A stretch of DNA of 44,849 nt from Phoronis australis (taxonomy: Eukaryota; Animalia; Phoronida): contig NMRA01000017.1 in the NCBI GenBank assembly GCA_002633005.1, positions 1,398,071 through 1,442,919 of the forward strand, in the 5' to 3' direction. The translations under genes and the position numbers were made by a program. Below, in pieces: positions 23,029 through 34,620 of the stretch (its first letter is position 1; every line of letters begins with the position of its first letter). Below the pieces are notes generated by a model that saw nothing but the letters and a program-made list of their open reading frames with translations, made no database searches and had not been told where the DNA came from.

Positions 23029-23607
23029 ACAGGCCTCGACACTAAGTCTTATAAGTCACATAGCTTTCTCATCAGCGTTGCCACATCAGCGGCCAGCCCT
23101 GGCATTCCTGAACCGGTGACACAGCGCATTGGACGCTGGAAATCTGATGCACTAAAAATATATCCGCATGTATGCTTTTTCACCTTAACCAGGCATCCCA
23201 CAACTCCAGGATAGTCTATTGTCTCATCAGCATCCCATTTTTTCACCTTTCCTTTTCAGCCTCCTCCCGCTATGGGTCTGTGGTTTCAGCCCATCGTCGG
23301 GTTTTCCCACCTCGCAGGTCAGGTTTGTTGTTGCAGCCTACCTCCTCTCCTGCGCAGGTCTGTCGTGCAGCTTGCGCCCCAAAGGCCTGTTGTTGCAGCC
23401 TTTGCAAATTCTAGGAAGCAGTAGGCCTACCACTTTTTATCTCAGGTTCCACTGTTATCTTTCATACTACTAGTTTTAGTTATACCTTTATCAATCCTAT
23501 ATATTTCTGTACCTAAAATTAGCCTACCGTTGTTATGGCTTGAGTTATGCTTCCTCGGATGGGCCATGTCAGTATTCCCATACTGTTATACTGTAAATTT
23601 TATGCAG

Positions 23608-23690
23608 ATCTTGCAGTCTTCTTTATTTCTTCTACTAACGTCATAATAAATGACATTATACCACAATATTAGCCTCGAATGGCAGATACA
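23608..23690 (-). mobile_element. Partial copy of the SINE body at 31450-31713
   Basis: aataaatgacattataccacaat.ttagcctcgaatggcagataca is shared with ~31536-31582. Confidence 0.7.
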
Positions 23691-23710
23691 TTTACAAAAT
23701 GTACTGAGAG

Positions 23711-23823
23711 TGGCGTACATGAAGTATTATCCCAAGAGACATTATTCCGCGTATCGACCTCGACCTTCGGTCTCGGTCAATACGCGGAATAACGTCGAGT
23801 GGGATATTACTTCATGTACGCCA
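23711..23823. repeat. Long hairpin/palindromic non-autonomous element
   Basis: tggcgtacatgaagtattatccca...ttattccgcgtat is inverted to atacgcggaataa...tgggatattacttcatgtacgcca. Confidence 0.75.
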
Positions 23824-24392
23824 ATCGAGGTTTTTGGAGAATTATCACCTTCGGGCTCTAGATAACGGGAGATAACGACTACGCCATGTAATAATGATCT
23901 ATATTTATTCGCAACGCACATCTTGTTTTACATAGCCCGTGGCGTACCCTGGGCAAATTTAAATTAACTAAATGCATTATCGTCATTGTTTCGATATTTG
24001 TCACCCCTTATATTAGGATGTATTTTGCATTACTCATTTCTATCCTCAGGGGTCTACTTTTGTATTCATACATTTCTCTGCCCGAAACCTGATTTGTCAT
24101 TTATATTTCCTTTGTTAGTATAACGTGGTCTAGTTCATTCAGCCACCTACCTGGTTGTCTACAAGACCTACGTTTTTTCTCTGTATTTTTCCCACCCTCC
24201 ATCCCGGGTGCCTGTTTCATTTTTTTACTGTTAGGTCCTTCAGGCGGTTCTTAATTCATTTGTTTTGGGTTCTGCTATATATTGTATCAAGGGGCTTCCG
24301 GTGTCCGCCATTTTGATGTGCACAGGTGTTTAGGTTGATTTCTGAAAAAAACTACGATATACCACATAATTGGCGACGAGGACTAGTCGAGT

Positions 24393-27345
24393 ATGGCACT
24401 CTTTGGTACTCTAGAAGAGTTTGAGCCTTCTACTGGGACATGGTCGTTGTATATCGAACGCATGGGACGTTATTTTGTGGCCAACGACATAAGCGATGAG
24501 TTCAAGAAACGAGCTGCTTGCGAGTGTGGGGTCACGCACTTATAAACTAATCACTGGACACGTAGCGCCAGCCAAGCCTGGCGTGAAAACGTTCGATGAG
24601 ATTGTGCAGCTTGTACAGAATCATCAGGAGCCGAAGTCGTCTATTATTGTACAGCGTTTTAAGTTTGAGTGTCATGTGCAAGAGTCTGGGGAAGCGGTCT
24701 GTTTTGAGAAAGCTTTTGACATTTGCACTCGGCATTATTTCACTCAGGGTGTAAATTTAGATTTTTTATGTTATGCAATCATATTGAAAGAATTCCTTCA
24801 CCTTTGGCACATATTTGTATAATGATCTTGTTTTAGCACCGGTACTTATGACATTTACGCATTTTAAAGTATGAAAAAGTGTTAATTATGGCCAGAGTAA
24901 TCCTTGATATAGCTGAAAACAGCCAGAAATCCATCGTTATTTTGTTTCACTGAAACATTACATGTTTTTAATACCCATGACATTTAATTAAATCACACAT
25001 TTAATTGAAATTTAATCTTTTTCATGATTCTAACATGTATTTCTTGTTTGTCTTCAGAAAATTGCAGGGATCTGAAAAGTCAAATAAAATTTTCAGGCAC
25101 ACTTGCAAAATGATGTCAATGTTATGCAAAACACGTAAATTTGCATGTGCTCCTTCTCTTACAGCCATGGCTGAAAAAGAAATGCATTATTACTAGTGTT
25201 TTGAACTGTGTTTTTTAATGGTTGATGGTTTATAGAATTTGATTTAGAAACCACATATTTGAACCAGATGTCGTAGTGATTGGATTCCTCAACCAAATAT
25301 CACAGTCACCTAAGAAAAACTGTGTATTCTCCGTAGCCATGTCTGAATTCCATTTAATTCTTCCATTAATAAAAGATTTTTGATACTGCATTTTGGGAAT
25401 CTTGAAGCTATTTTTGGCCCACAAAAATATTAGACCAAGCCCTGGATTTGAATTGATCATAAGCAAAAATGTCTTTCGTATTCTCCGTAGCAGCCTGTAT
25501 TCTCCGTAGCCCCAACTTTGAATTGTTGGTACATGGTTTGAAAAAAATCTTGTATCTAGGTGCATGTACTGCGGAAATGGGGAACAAATAATCTCTCCAA
25601 GACAAGAACAATTAAAAAAATATTTTTGGGTGGGATTTGAGGAAAGTTTAGCTAAAACTACTTTTTTCAGTTTAAATTCGTTATTAATAAAACATGGATG
25701 TTCTTTGGTCATTCAGAAGTGTTGGTATTAACGAGCAAATGAATTCTATTGCATTGCTCAAGTGTTCATCCACTTATAAACAGGTATCTGCATAATATTT
25801 CGTATTTTCCGCATAGCCCCCTCCATGACCTCTGTGTTATGTGAGATTTATGCATTCAATGTTTTCCTGGTGATGAAAGTGCTTTTCCTGTATTTCTTTG
25901 AGGGTAGTTGATGGAAATAGGCATCCCATTGATGGTGATGTGACTCTGATGATAGTGAAGAGCTGAGTATGTCCTAATTTCCATTATGTTACATTTTTGT
26001 ATTTACACAAGTGTGAAGAAAATTAAGACGGTATTATCTCTCCTTTTCTAAACACAACTGTTTTCTTTTTGTAATTCAAAAGTAGTAGTATTGACAAGTA
26101 AATGAATTCCATTGAATTGCTCCAGTATTTTTCTTCCCAAAAATAGTTACCTTAGCATTTTGTATTCTCCGTAGCCCCTCACTGACCTCTGTGTTATGTG
26201 AGATTTATTTGTACAAACGATGTTTGCTGATAACGAAAAGTGTTTTCCTGTACTTCTTTAATGGTAGTTTATGGAATTAGACATTCTTTTTGTGACTCTG
26301 ATGATCGTAACGTAGAATTGTCGTGAGGACTTGACAGGGACCCCAGGGGTCTCACGCTCCACTGGTTTATCTACACTAATTTGAAAAGGCTTTGTCCAGT
26401 CACACCTTTTGTGCCACAAAAAGAGATTATGACATGTGCAGCTGACGTGGCACATAGAACTACTCTCGTTAATCATATTGGTGTAGACTCACAGTAGAAC
26501 TGCTATTTTCTGTTGAGCCCAGACCGTCCGGAGTTACACCATACACCAACTTCGGACGGTCTCTCACGGGGATGATGTCAATTGCTACGTTTCATTTGTA
26601 TACTCACACCTTGTGAAGCACACACAAGTGTGAACCTAGTTTTTTACATTTATGTTCAGTAATCAAGTACATGAGTTACCAGAGTAATAAACTTTCTTGT
26701 TTCTAAGCCAGATTTAAGTCTTTTCCAACATGAATGTAACGATACCAATGATGTATTCTCCGTAGCCCACATTTCTTATTTTTGTTATTTCAACAGGCCA
26801 AATCTTAAAAACTTGAGGATACTTCACAAAATTTTAACCCATATGTCATGTTGAATCCAATAAAAGAAGTCTCAAAGATTAAATTAAAACTTCATAAAAT
26901 GCCATTTCTGAAACAAAAGTGTGCACCCTGAGTAAAAAAATGCCGACTGCGATGGAGGCTGCAGAGATGACTGTCAAGGACATTCACGGCCCGGTTGCTG
27001 GTGGTAACAGTAGTGACTCTGTGTTTACTGTTCAAGGGCCCGGAAACTCCCGTCCAAGTCATACTGTTTTCGGTGTGATGGTGATGATCCCACCAAGCGT
27101 TTGCGTGTACAAGACTGCTGTCTGTCATATTTGTGGGAACGGGGACACATTAGGAGAACCTGTCGTGTCGAACCACAGCCATTGCGCAAAAACAGTTTGG
27201 AACTGGTGGGGAAAAGCAGGCACGAGACAACATGTGAATTGTGTGAATCAATCAGAGGAGTCTCAAGACAACAGCGAGTATTCTTCATACACTATTGACT
27301 CTGGCAAATCTATTCCGCCGATTTACGTAACTGTTGAACTCAAGT
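24393..27345 (+). pseudogene. Gag and protease start of Gypsy-2 (split by the 24730-26945 insertion)
   Basis: MALFGTLEEFEPSTGTWSLYIERMGRYFVANDI...; FEKAFDICT|AMEAAE rejoins in frame across the insertion; degenerate CFRC / CHICG knuckles; PPIYVTVEL. Confidence 0.8.
24730..26945. mobile_element. 2.2-kb non-autonomous TIR DNA element with a 3-bp TSD
   Basis: TIR cggcattatttcactcagggtg / caccctgagtaaaaaaatgccg; TSD ACT (24727-24729, 26946-26948); internal motif tattctccgtagc repeated; internal ~350-bp duplication. Confidence 0.85.
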
Positions 27346-27414
27346 CAGCCAGTGCAGATGTTAATTGACTGTCACGGTGCTGCGAGATCTACTATTAGCC
27401 AGGGGCCAAGCCAA

Positions 27415-27728
27415 CTCAGGCCCGTAGGGAGGCAAAAATAATTGGGGGGGGGGGGCACAAACCATTTCGACTTCGCTAAACAACCCCCATCGCCACCACC
27501 TCCACCCCCCACGTGCTCCCGATGCCACCACGGTACCGAATCTCCCACGTCCGCCCTGGGTGGGGGGCACAGTGGCAGATTTAGGGGTGGCCAAGGGGCC
27601 ATGCCCCCCCTAAAATTCCCTCAGATTCCATTTGGCAGTTCGGGGGTCCGAATTTCTGACGTGTAAAGCCCTGGCTAATACCGGTACTCTGCCCTGCCCC
27701 CCAACTCAAAATCCTGAATCCGTTCCTG
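27415..27728. mobile_element. Nested small G/C-run MITE-like elements
   Basis: cagtggcagatttagggg...gccccccc...aatccgttcctg has inverted ends; similar G-run/C-run elements at ~8140-8165 and ~28416-28460. Confidence 0.4.
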
Positions 27729-29346
27729 ACCGTCACAATACCGGGGATCTTGAAGCCATCAAGAGTTGAGTAACCGTGAACAAACACGGAGAGTAAGGAT
27801 GGGTAGCTATAGCTGAAATCTAACAGTGTGAAAATACGAAATTCCTGATGAACTAAAGCTAGTTGCCGGTCAGCTCAGCTGTGATTCACTTGAGACAGGC
27901 AGTTCGTACCGCGGATCTGCGCTCACTTTAAGGTCAATATTCGTTTTATTGTGATCCAGTTTCGGGAATTAACTTAAGTTATCATGGTCATTCTTTGAAG
28001 GAGGTTTTTTGAAAAGACGAGGTCCCGAAGTCCCTGGTATAGTGCCTTTGGAGCTGTTTCAAAATGCCTATATCTGTAGCTGAAACACGACGGGCGTTTC
28101 TGGTGGCCTGGGGAAAAGGATGTGTGTCCCAAAAATGTACACACGTCCTGAACGCCTGGAGTTCAAATTTAGTTCCCGTGGATCAATGACATTCTGCGCA
28201 GGCCTACTGTATGTTTACATCTTATTTTTAACGTGGGTATACGTCAGTCATGATGTGCACGCGAATGAAGAAAAGCAATCAATTCAGTTTTGAAGAACAA
28301 AAAATTCATTGCGCAATACTACTGAAAACTAAAAACACCAAGGAAGTACAAAGACAACCTTTCCAAGCAATGTGTTTAATTTTATTTATTTAAGGATTTT
28401 TGAAACGTTATCTACCATAGGCGGATTTAGGGGGGGGGGCANNNCCCCCCCCCCCCCTTGCAGTTGCCGCAAAAAATAGAACAGTAAGAGCGTAGGGAAA
28501 TGTTTATTAATTAACCCCGGTAATTTGAATTATACGGCTGAAACAAGATTTAAATGTGTGCATTTTTAGTTTTGAGGGGGGCTCAGATCCAATTTCAAAT
28601 GTCAAATTGGGAACACGGCGCAATCATAACGGAACAATGGCTAAGCATAGGCAAAGATTTTACAGTTACCTAAGATCTCCGACTTATGACCTAAATGCGT
28701 CACAGCGTAACAAGTATCGCCACCTCATGAAAGGCGCTCATATGCAGCATAGTAACATGGGTGACTGTAATGCCAGTGTGTACTCTGGTGCTTACAAAAT
28801 ACTTTGTTTTGCTTGCCTAAAGATAAGGAGAGGTAATTGTATATTCATTATGTATTCCATACTACTATTGGCAAGTGCTGATCGGAGAACAGGAGTCATT
28901 ACCGCAGTAGAATATTAATAGTAGCAGGCCTACCTACTAGGGATAGTTACTGGTAGTTGACAATACTGAGACCCACAGCACGGGCGTATGAGACTCATTC
29001 GGTAGTGGCTGTAAATCTTCTGCCAGGAATGTAACAAAATTGAGGTGGAGTTGTATCATATCTTTGGTAGAGGCTCTCCCGCGATATCCCACGCGACCGG
29101 CAGTGGCGCTGCGCTCTGCGACTCCGTTTCCGTCGTCTGCTCCACTGTGCAATGAAGAAAATTACTTCATTTTTTAAAGAAAATGGAATCTGAGTGACGA
29201 TGAAAAAACAGAAGCTGCTGGTAAGATGAAAATTTTAATCGAAGGCTTAGTGAATCACTCAGAAACTCACAATTCTCTCTTTGTCAAACCTTAACTTAAG
29301 ACGATTTCCAAATAATAATTTATTAAATTACGAAAACCTGTAATTA

Positions 29347-31245
29347 AGGTTTATCAAACAGCACAAAATTGTGATGTCAGAGCCTAAAGAAGCTTAGGAA
29401 AGCTTCCTGATGAAAGCTGATTGACTGTGGAACTCTGTAGATCAGTAGATCAAAAAGAAGAAGAGGTGTCACAAACGTTTGTGCAGAAAACAGCTGCATG
29501 TCCTGGTAGCCTACACAGTATACTGCTGAGTGCTGTAGACTAGAAGACCAAGTGTCAGACAAAAAAATTGAAAGGACATAGAACGGCATAGCAACGTTTC
29601 AAGGCACCAACAGTAGTACTAAAGCTGAAGTTGCTGAAAGTGATACAGATGTTATCCAAGATTTCCCAAGAAAATCAATTATACTTCGAAAATCTGAAAC
29701 ACCCAATTAACCTGAACAAGATAGGAACATTCTGAAACATGAGTGCATCATTTGTTAGCAGGAAAAGTACATTATGGGCCACATTTCAAGAAAGAAAAAG
29801 AAGTAATAGCTTTCAAAAACAGGTACGTGTTTTTTAAAAATACATCTTGGTGTTTTCCATGTGTGTTTCAGTATTATCACCAGTTGTTTTTTAACTTGTT
29901 CAGCCCCTTGGCTGCCTAGGCCTTAGACAATACTGCTGACCCAGTAGAGACGATGATCATACCATAGGTACTCCATATGCCGGATACTTTTCGGCAAATT
30001 ATGTTCCTATAAGTTTAGAAGTACCGCGTAGAGANNNNNNNNNNNNNNNNNNNNNNNNNNNNNNNNNNNNNNNNNNNNNNNNNNNNNNNNNNNNNNNNNN
30101 NNNNNNNNNNNNNNNNNNNNNNNNNNNNNNNNNNNNNNNNNNNNNNNNNNNNNNNNNNNNNNNNNNNNNNNNNNNNNNNNNNNNNNNNNNNNNNNNNNNN
30201 NNNNNNNNNNNNNNNNNNNNNNNNNNNNNNNNNNNNNNNNNNNNNNNNNNNNNNNNNNNNNNNNNNNNNNNNNNNNNNNNNNNNNNNNNNNNNNNNNNNN
30301 NNNNNNNNNNNNNNNNNNNNNNNNNNNNNNNNNNNNNNNNNNNNNNNNNNNNNNNNNNNNNNNNNNNNNNNNNNNNNNNNNNNNNNNNNNNNNNNNNNNN
30401 NNNNNNNNNNNNNNNNNNNNNNNNNNNNNNNNNNNNNNNNNNNNNNACTAAACGATGAACGCTGCAAGTGCAAAAAGAACATGTGTGCTGGGAAACTGAG
30501 TTTGTGCTGCAATGCTGGGTCAAACTGTACAGAAATGTGCAGCTGTGACAACTGTAGTAACATCAGCAACACTGATTGCATAACATTGGATAGTTCTTTG
30601 ACAAGTCAACCCTAAATAGACCTCCAACCCCGTTATTTCCTTTTTTGTATTAAAAAGTAAATTTTATTTGTTGATTAAGTCATAGAAAGTACATACTTTG
30701 ATCACTGTCATGTATTTGTCTCATACTGCTTGATAAACGCCGTCAGAATAATCTATTATTTTCATAGTCTTTGTGCACATTCACAGAGATCATTCAAATA
30801 TATTGTTTTTGTACTATAACGTATTTCTGGTGTATTATGCAAACAAGCTGTATTTTACACCATTATCCAATGTTTTAGTCATTGAGGCACAAATTTTGCC
30901 CAGTCTCAAGTGTTTTGTGTTATTTTTGTTGCCTGACAATGCCAGAATAACTTCCTAGTAACATTCAGACTTAGTTTGCATTTTTGACACTAGGTGTCTC
31001 TTTACATTTTTTAAATTTCACTGTCTACAATTAATTTACAATAGTAAAACATGTAATGTGAGTGTAATATTGTTCAATACAATGGTACTAATGGGACCAT
31101 ATTACTTGTTTTACAAAAAAGTCACCAAAACTGTTGTTTTTACAAATATAAGTTTACTAAGCTCTTTGGTGATTATTAGGTAACTTCAAACTCAAATTTC
31201 TCAAAAATGTGCAACTTCATATGTGGGAACTTTTTAGATTTTGAA
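29347..31245 (+). mobile_element. Academ-like DNA transposon remnant (spans the gap)
   Basis: 29347-29503 is nearly identical to 44691-44849. Degenerate ECIIC*QEKY motif at ~29741; C-terminal Cys8/CXC finger RCKCKKNMCAGKLSLCCNAGSNCTEMCSCDNCSN at 30460-30561. 31203-31240 is inverted-similar to 44493-44532 (TIR remnant). Confidence 0.6.
30035..30446. other. Assembly gap (N run)
   Basis: Run of N. Confidence 0.99.
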
Positions 31246-31449
31246 AACACTCTATCGAAGCCACCACCTGCACGGCTGGATTTATACAAACTTTTGGACT
31301 CGTGTTTTAGTAATATCACTTTGTTAGGACTTTGGGGCCGGGTGAGTGGCGCTATATATAGTATCAAGGGGCTTACGGTTTCCGCCATTTTGATGTACAC
31401 ACGTGTTTAGCCTGGTCTATGAAATATACTCCGATATACCACAGGTTCC

Positions 31450-31713
31450 ATCATTAAGAGCCATTCATTGTACACGCCGGTGGCGTTTTTTCCATGCCCA
31501 TCTTGCAGTCTTCGGTATGTCTTCTACTTACGTCACAATAAATGACATTATACCACAATGTTAGCCTCGAATGGCAGATACAACCGTGTAAACCCATAAA
31601 CCATAAAGTTATCTCACTAGTGAGATACCATTTTGGCGAGAAAACGGGGCCGGATTCGAACCCGGGCCTCAAGAGTTTCGAGTCGCCAACTTTACCACTC
31701 AGCTGCTGACGTC
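31450..31713 (-). mobile_element. tRNA-derived SINE
   Basis: Minus-strand head gacgtcagcAGCTGAGTGGtaaag (A box)...GGTTCGAATCC (B box, 31662-31652), followed by a non-tRNA body that recurs at 23608-23690. Confidence 0.75.
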
Positions 31714-32214
31714 ATCGAACGTGAAAATAGAATACTTAAATGACCACGCACAACAATCGCATGTTCAGCAAAGGGGATTGCACCGACATTGATACGTTAT
31801 GAAAAATAAGACGCATAATTTCCATAAATACGCTATTTTAATCCAGTGAAATTTTTCTCTCGTGTTCTTTGAGTTGTAAATCACCGATCTCCAATTTGAA
31901 TGCGGGTAACGTGTCATCGGGATCCTTTGACTTGAGCATAATAGCCAGTTACTTGTGGTATCCTACTTTAGCAGACGATATTTTCCCGGTCGAAGCTTAT
32001 AGCGTGATAAAATGTGTAGTAAGCTATAGTAGTTGTTAAACCTTAATTCATAGATTCACTTTATTTCTATTTTGTTTTAATTTTCAATTGGTTTTGAGTA
32101 AAGGCATTATTTGACAAAAATAGCTCGGGCCTCTGACAGAGAAAGTAGTTACCAAGCCGAGGCGAGTCGAGAAAGGTAGATCGATTCATTGCAATGTTTC
32201 TCGTTCAGTAAGTG

Positions 32215-32398
32215 GTATAAATAGTTTATTACATGTTCTCAGTCGTTACCCGCCTTATCTAGAGCCCTCGTGGATTTTGTAGAATTGTCACCCTCGGGGC
32301 TAACGCCCCTTGGGCGATAATTCTCCAAAATCCACTCGGGCTCTAAATAACGGGGGATAACGACTTCGCCATGTCAGTGAGTAATAACCTATATTTAT
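32215..32398. repeat. Palindromic non-autonomous element; partial relative at ~23830-23910
   Basis: agtcgtta...ttatctagagccc...gtggatttt is inverted to aaaatccac.cgggctctaaataa...taacgact around a central hairpin. Confidence 0.65.
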
Positions 32399-33835
32399 TT
32401 CCAATCCCCATCTTCTTTTACTCTGCAACATAGCTCGTGGTGTACCTCGGGCAAAATAGATTGCGATAAATAAATTTTAGTGATATCTTTTGACAGACGA
32501 AATACATCCTGTGGTATTGTTAAAGAGGCTATCGTTAAAATGTGAAAATGGCTATTGTTCCTCAATTTATTTCAAAATATTGCAGGTTTGTTTTGACATT
32601 AAATCTCAAGTCAAAAGGCATGTTGACGGCCGACTTCAACTTAGCAATCAAGAGAATTCTAATACCTAGATAAATATTTTAGAGGTGAAGACGTCACCAT
32701 CGATTTAGTGCCTTCCATATGAGAGGGAGTCACGTATATCAGTACCGGATGAAAAGCAGAACGTAGGTTGGCAAAATAGAGGTAATTTATGATAAAACTA
32801 GTGGTACACTGCAACTTGTAAGAACGACTCGAAAACGAAAAGTAATGTATACAGTAGGTAAAACAATAATCTCGTGAAAACGGGCAATAAAAAGTGCCAC
32901 AAGAGAAGTTGCAAGACACTGAGCTCCGCCTCACTTTCTGGGCTGCCACTCAGCCTCTCTCGCGATCCGCACTGCCATTTTCTCATCAACGTATTTCTTA
33001 CAACCTGTAGTTCGTTTCCCAAGAGCCATAATTCAGTTCTTACCAACTAAATTCCTTTCACATTGAACTCATTGTGTTTCTCATCAACGGGTTTATTTTC
33101 TCCCGAACAAATATCACTTCATGGTTGGACATCTACGATTTCAGGTTGACTTAATCCATGGTTAGAGACCTATTTATTCTTGAATAAAACAGATTGACTC
33201 TTTTTAAAGTTGAATCCCCTACAGTGAGTTGGGGGTGGTAATGAGTTTCTCGCTCGAGATGGCGCGAGAAGACGCTGTACACACTAAAGATGTAATCATC
33301 ACGACCGAGATGCTAATCGCACCTCAATTATTTAACTATGAGGAAAAATCAAATACACTTTGTAAATGAATATTTGTCATTAATGCCATAAATTGGAGCC
33401 ATCTGAGATTAGCATGTGAGTTCCATTAAGTGGAAGAACAGCCCGGCATTTTGAGTCTATGAAAACTGTGGGGCTGCGATCGTGACCGAGAAAACAACTG
33501 TGATTGTGGACAAGAAATCCCAATTACGATCTGTTCAAACCAGCTAGCGAGAAAAGAACTGAGTTATAAAACACTGGATTGCAGTTGTAGAGAAAATAAC
33601 TACAGTTCGTAAGGAAAGAATAGCGGTTGGAGAAAATCACGCTGTTGCACCCGCCGATAGACAATGGAGCTAGCAGGCACAATGTCAACCCTGACTTCTT
33701 CGCCACAAGAAATGTTAGGTGAGCAAAGTGCTTAACAAAGGACCTCACATATTTCAGCTATAAAACTAATAAAGCTAATAATCACAGCGATAGCCAAATG
33801 GACTAGATAATCTGTAAACTTAAACCACTATTACC

Positions 33836-33895
33836 ATAACCAAATATAAAGTAAACCGAGCCAAAATAACCAAATATAAAGTAAACCGAGCCAAA
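33836..33895. repeat. 30-bp perfect tandem duplication
   Basis: (ataaccaaatataaagtaaaccgagccaaa)x2. Confidence 0.9.
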
Positions 33896-34620
33896 TCAAC
33901 GCAAGCACCATGACCGAAAAAAAAAATACCCAGCGGTCGAAGCAACGGCATAAGCCCGCCATCTATTTCTCTATCTAACAAGGAAGGAAACAGGGCTCGA
34001 AAAAAATTGTTGAAATTTTCTAATATCCTAAATACAAACTCAAGATAATTATCTACCATTCCCTGGTCAAGTATTATATTATGCAAATTTGCACTTAATG
34101 ACCCCCCAGATAAATTCGAGTGAGAACTTTCGATTTCCAGTAAAAACTCGTATTGGTACTTCAAGCTTTAGTCCTGGGGTCATCATATACAAAATAGGAT
34201 TACACAATCATCTAAGTAAACCAAGTTTTACCGACTCCAGATCAGAATTGTTTCTTGCGTTCCTAATAAGAAGAATTGACAATTTCGAGTTCAAGAAAAG
34301 GATTTGATTTTCAACCAAGCAATACATTAACCATATGGCACTCCATGAAGGAGAATTTCATCTATGTGATGTCATTTTTCAAATGCATTTTGGAATAGTG
34401 GTCAGGATTTACACTGTCAATAACAGTTGACGTGGCATCTTTCTACTAGTGTACCGGTATTTCAGTTTTTATGGACAGTATCTAGTGATAATGACATACA
34501 TAACAGCAAATGCCCACATCAATACTTATTCTATTCATCGTTTAAAAAATAATGACATACTACCACAGTACACGTTCCATTCTTTTTCCACGTGTGCACC
34601 AACATACTTCTCTTGGCAAT

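Larger units (their letters stand above)
16750..23175 (+). mobile_element. Decayed tyrosine-recombinase retrotransposon (DIRS/Ngaro-like), interrupted by two insertions
   Basis: RT end: VTLHDLQSLIGLLNFSC...LSKEARADFRAW. RNase H: SDA...WFASTWP...DNNAVVDIINKTS...DALSRF. YR N-terminus: ASLAPSTLQSY. YR core: MFPLTFQAFLGGGE and, after the Gypsy, YKSHSFLISVAT...IGRWKSDALKIY. Many stops and frameshifts; catalytic Arg residues are mutated. Confidence 0.85.
24273..31443 (+). mobile_element. Old, internally deleted Mag-like Gypsy element (Gypsy-2) containing nested insertions
   Basis: 94-bp LTRs at 24273-24366 and 31350-31443 (14 mismatches by eye); TSD GGTTC (24268-24272, 31444-31448); PBS TGGCGACGAGGA (24371-24382); gag from ATG 24393; integrase tail PPARLDL (31264-31284); G-rich PPT remnant before the 3' LTR. 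Spans an assembly gap. Confidence 0.85.

Noticed and set aside
25325-26770. Repeated TATTCTCCGTAGC as a CRISPR-like array
   Set aside because: The repeat is too short, the spacing is irregular, the context is eukaryotic and there are no cas genes.
28934-29144. GC-rich exon-like block on the minus strand with a good acceptor and possible donor
   Set aside because: All three frames hit a stop before the donor and no domain is recognisable; not called as CDS.
29999-30581. Two long minus-strand ORFs
   Set aside because: They are open only because they cross the N gap.
31350-31443. Solo LTR
   Set aside because: Its own flanks do not form a TSD, whereas its right flank matches the left flank of the 24273 LTR, and a PPT and integrase tail precede it.
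31640-31713. Possible tRNA gene on the minus strand
   Set aside because: A and B boxes are present but there is no convincing acceptor-stem pairing, and it continues into a repeated body; better explained as a SINE head.
32659-34307. Several 70-115-aa ORFs
   Set aside because: No recognisable domains or consistent splice signals; one is partly a tandem repeat.
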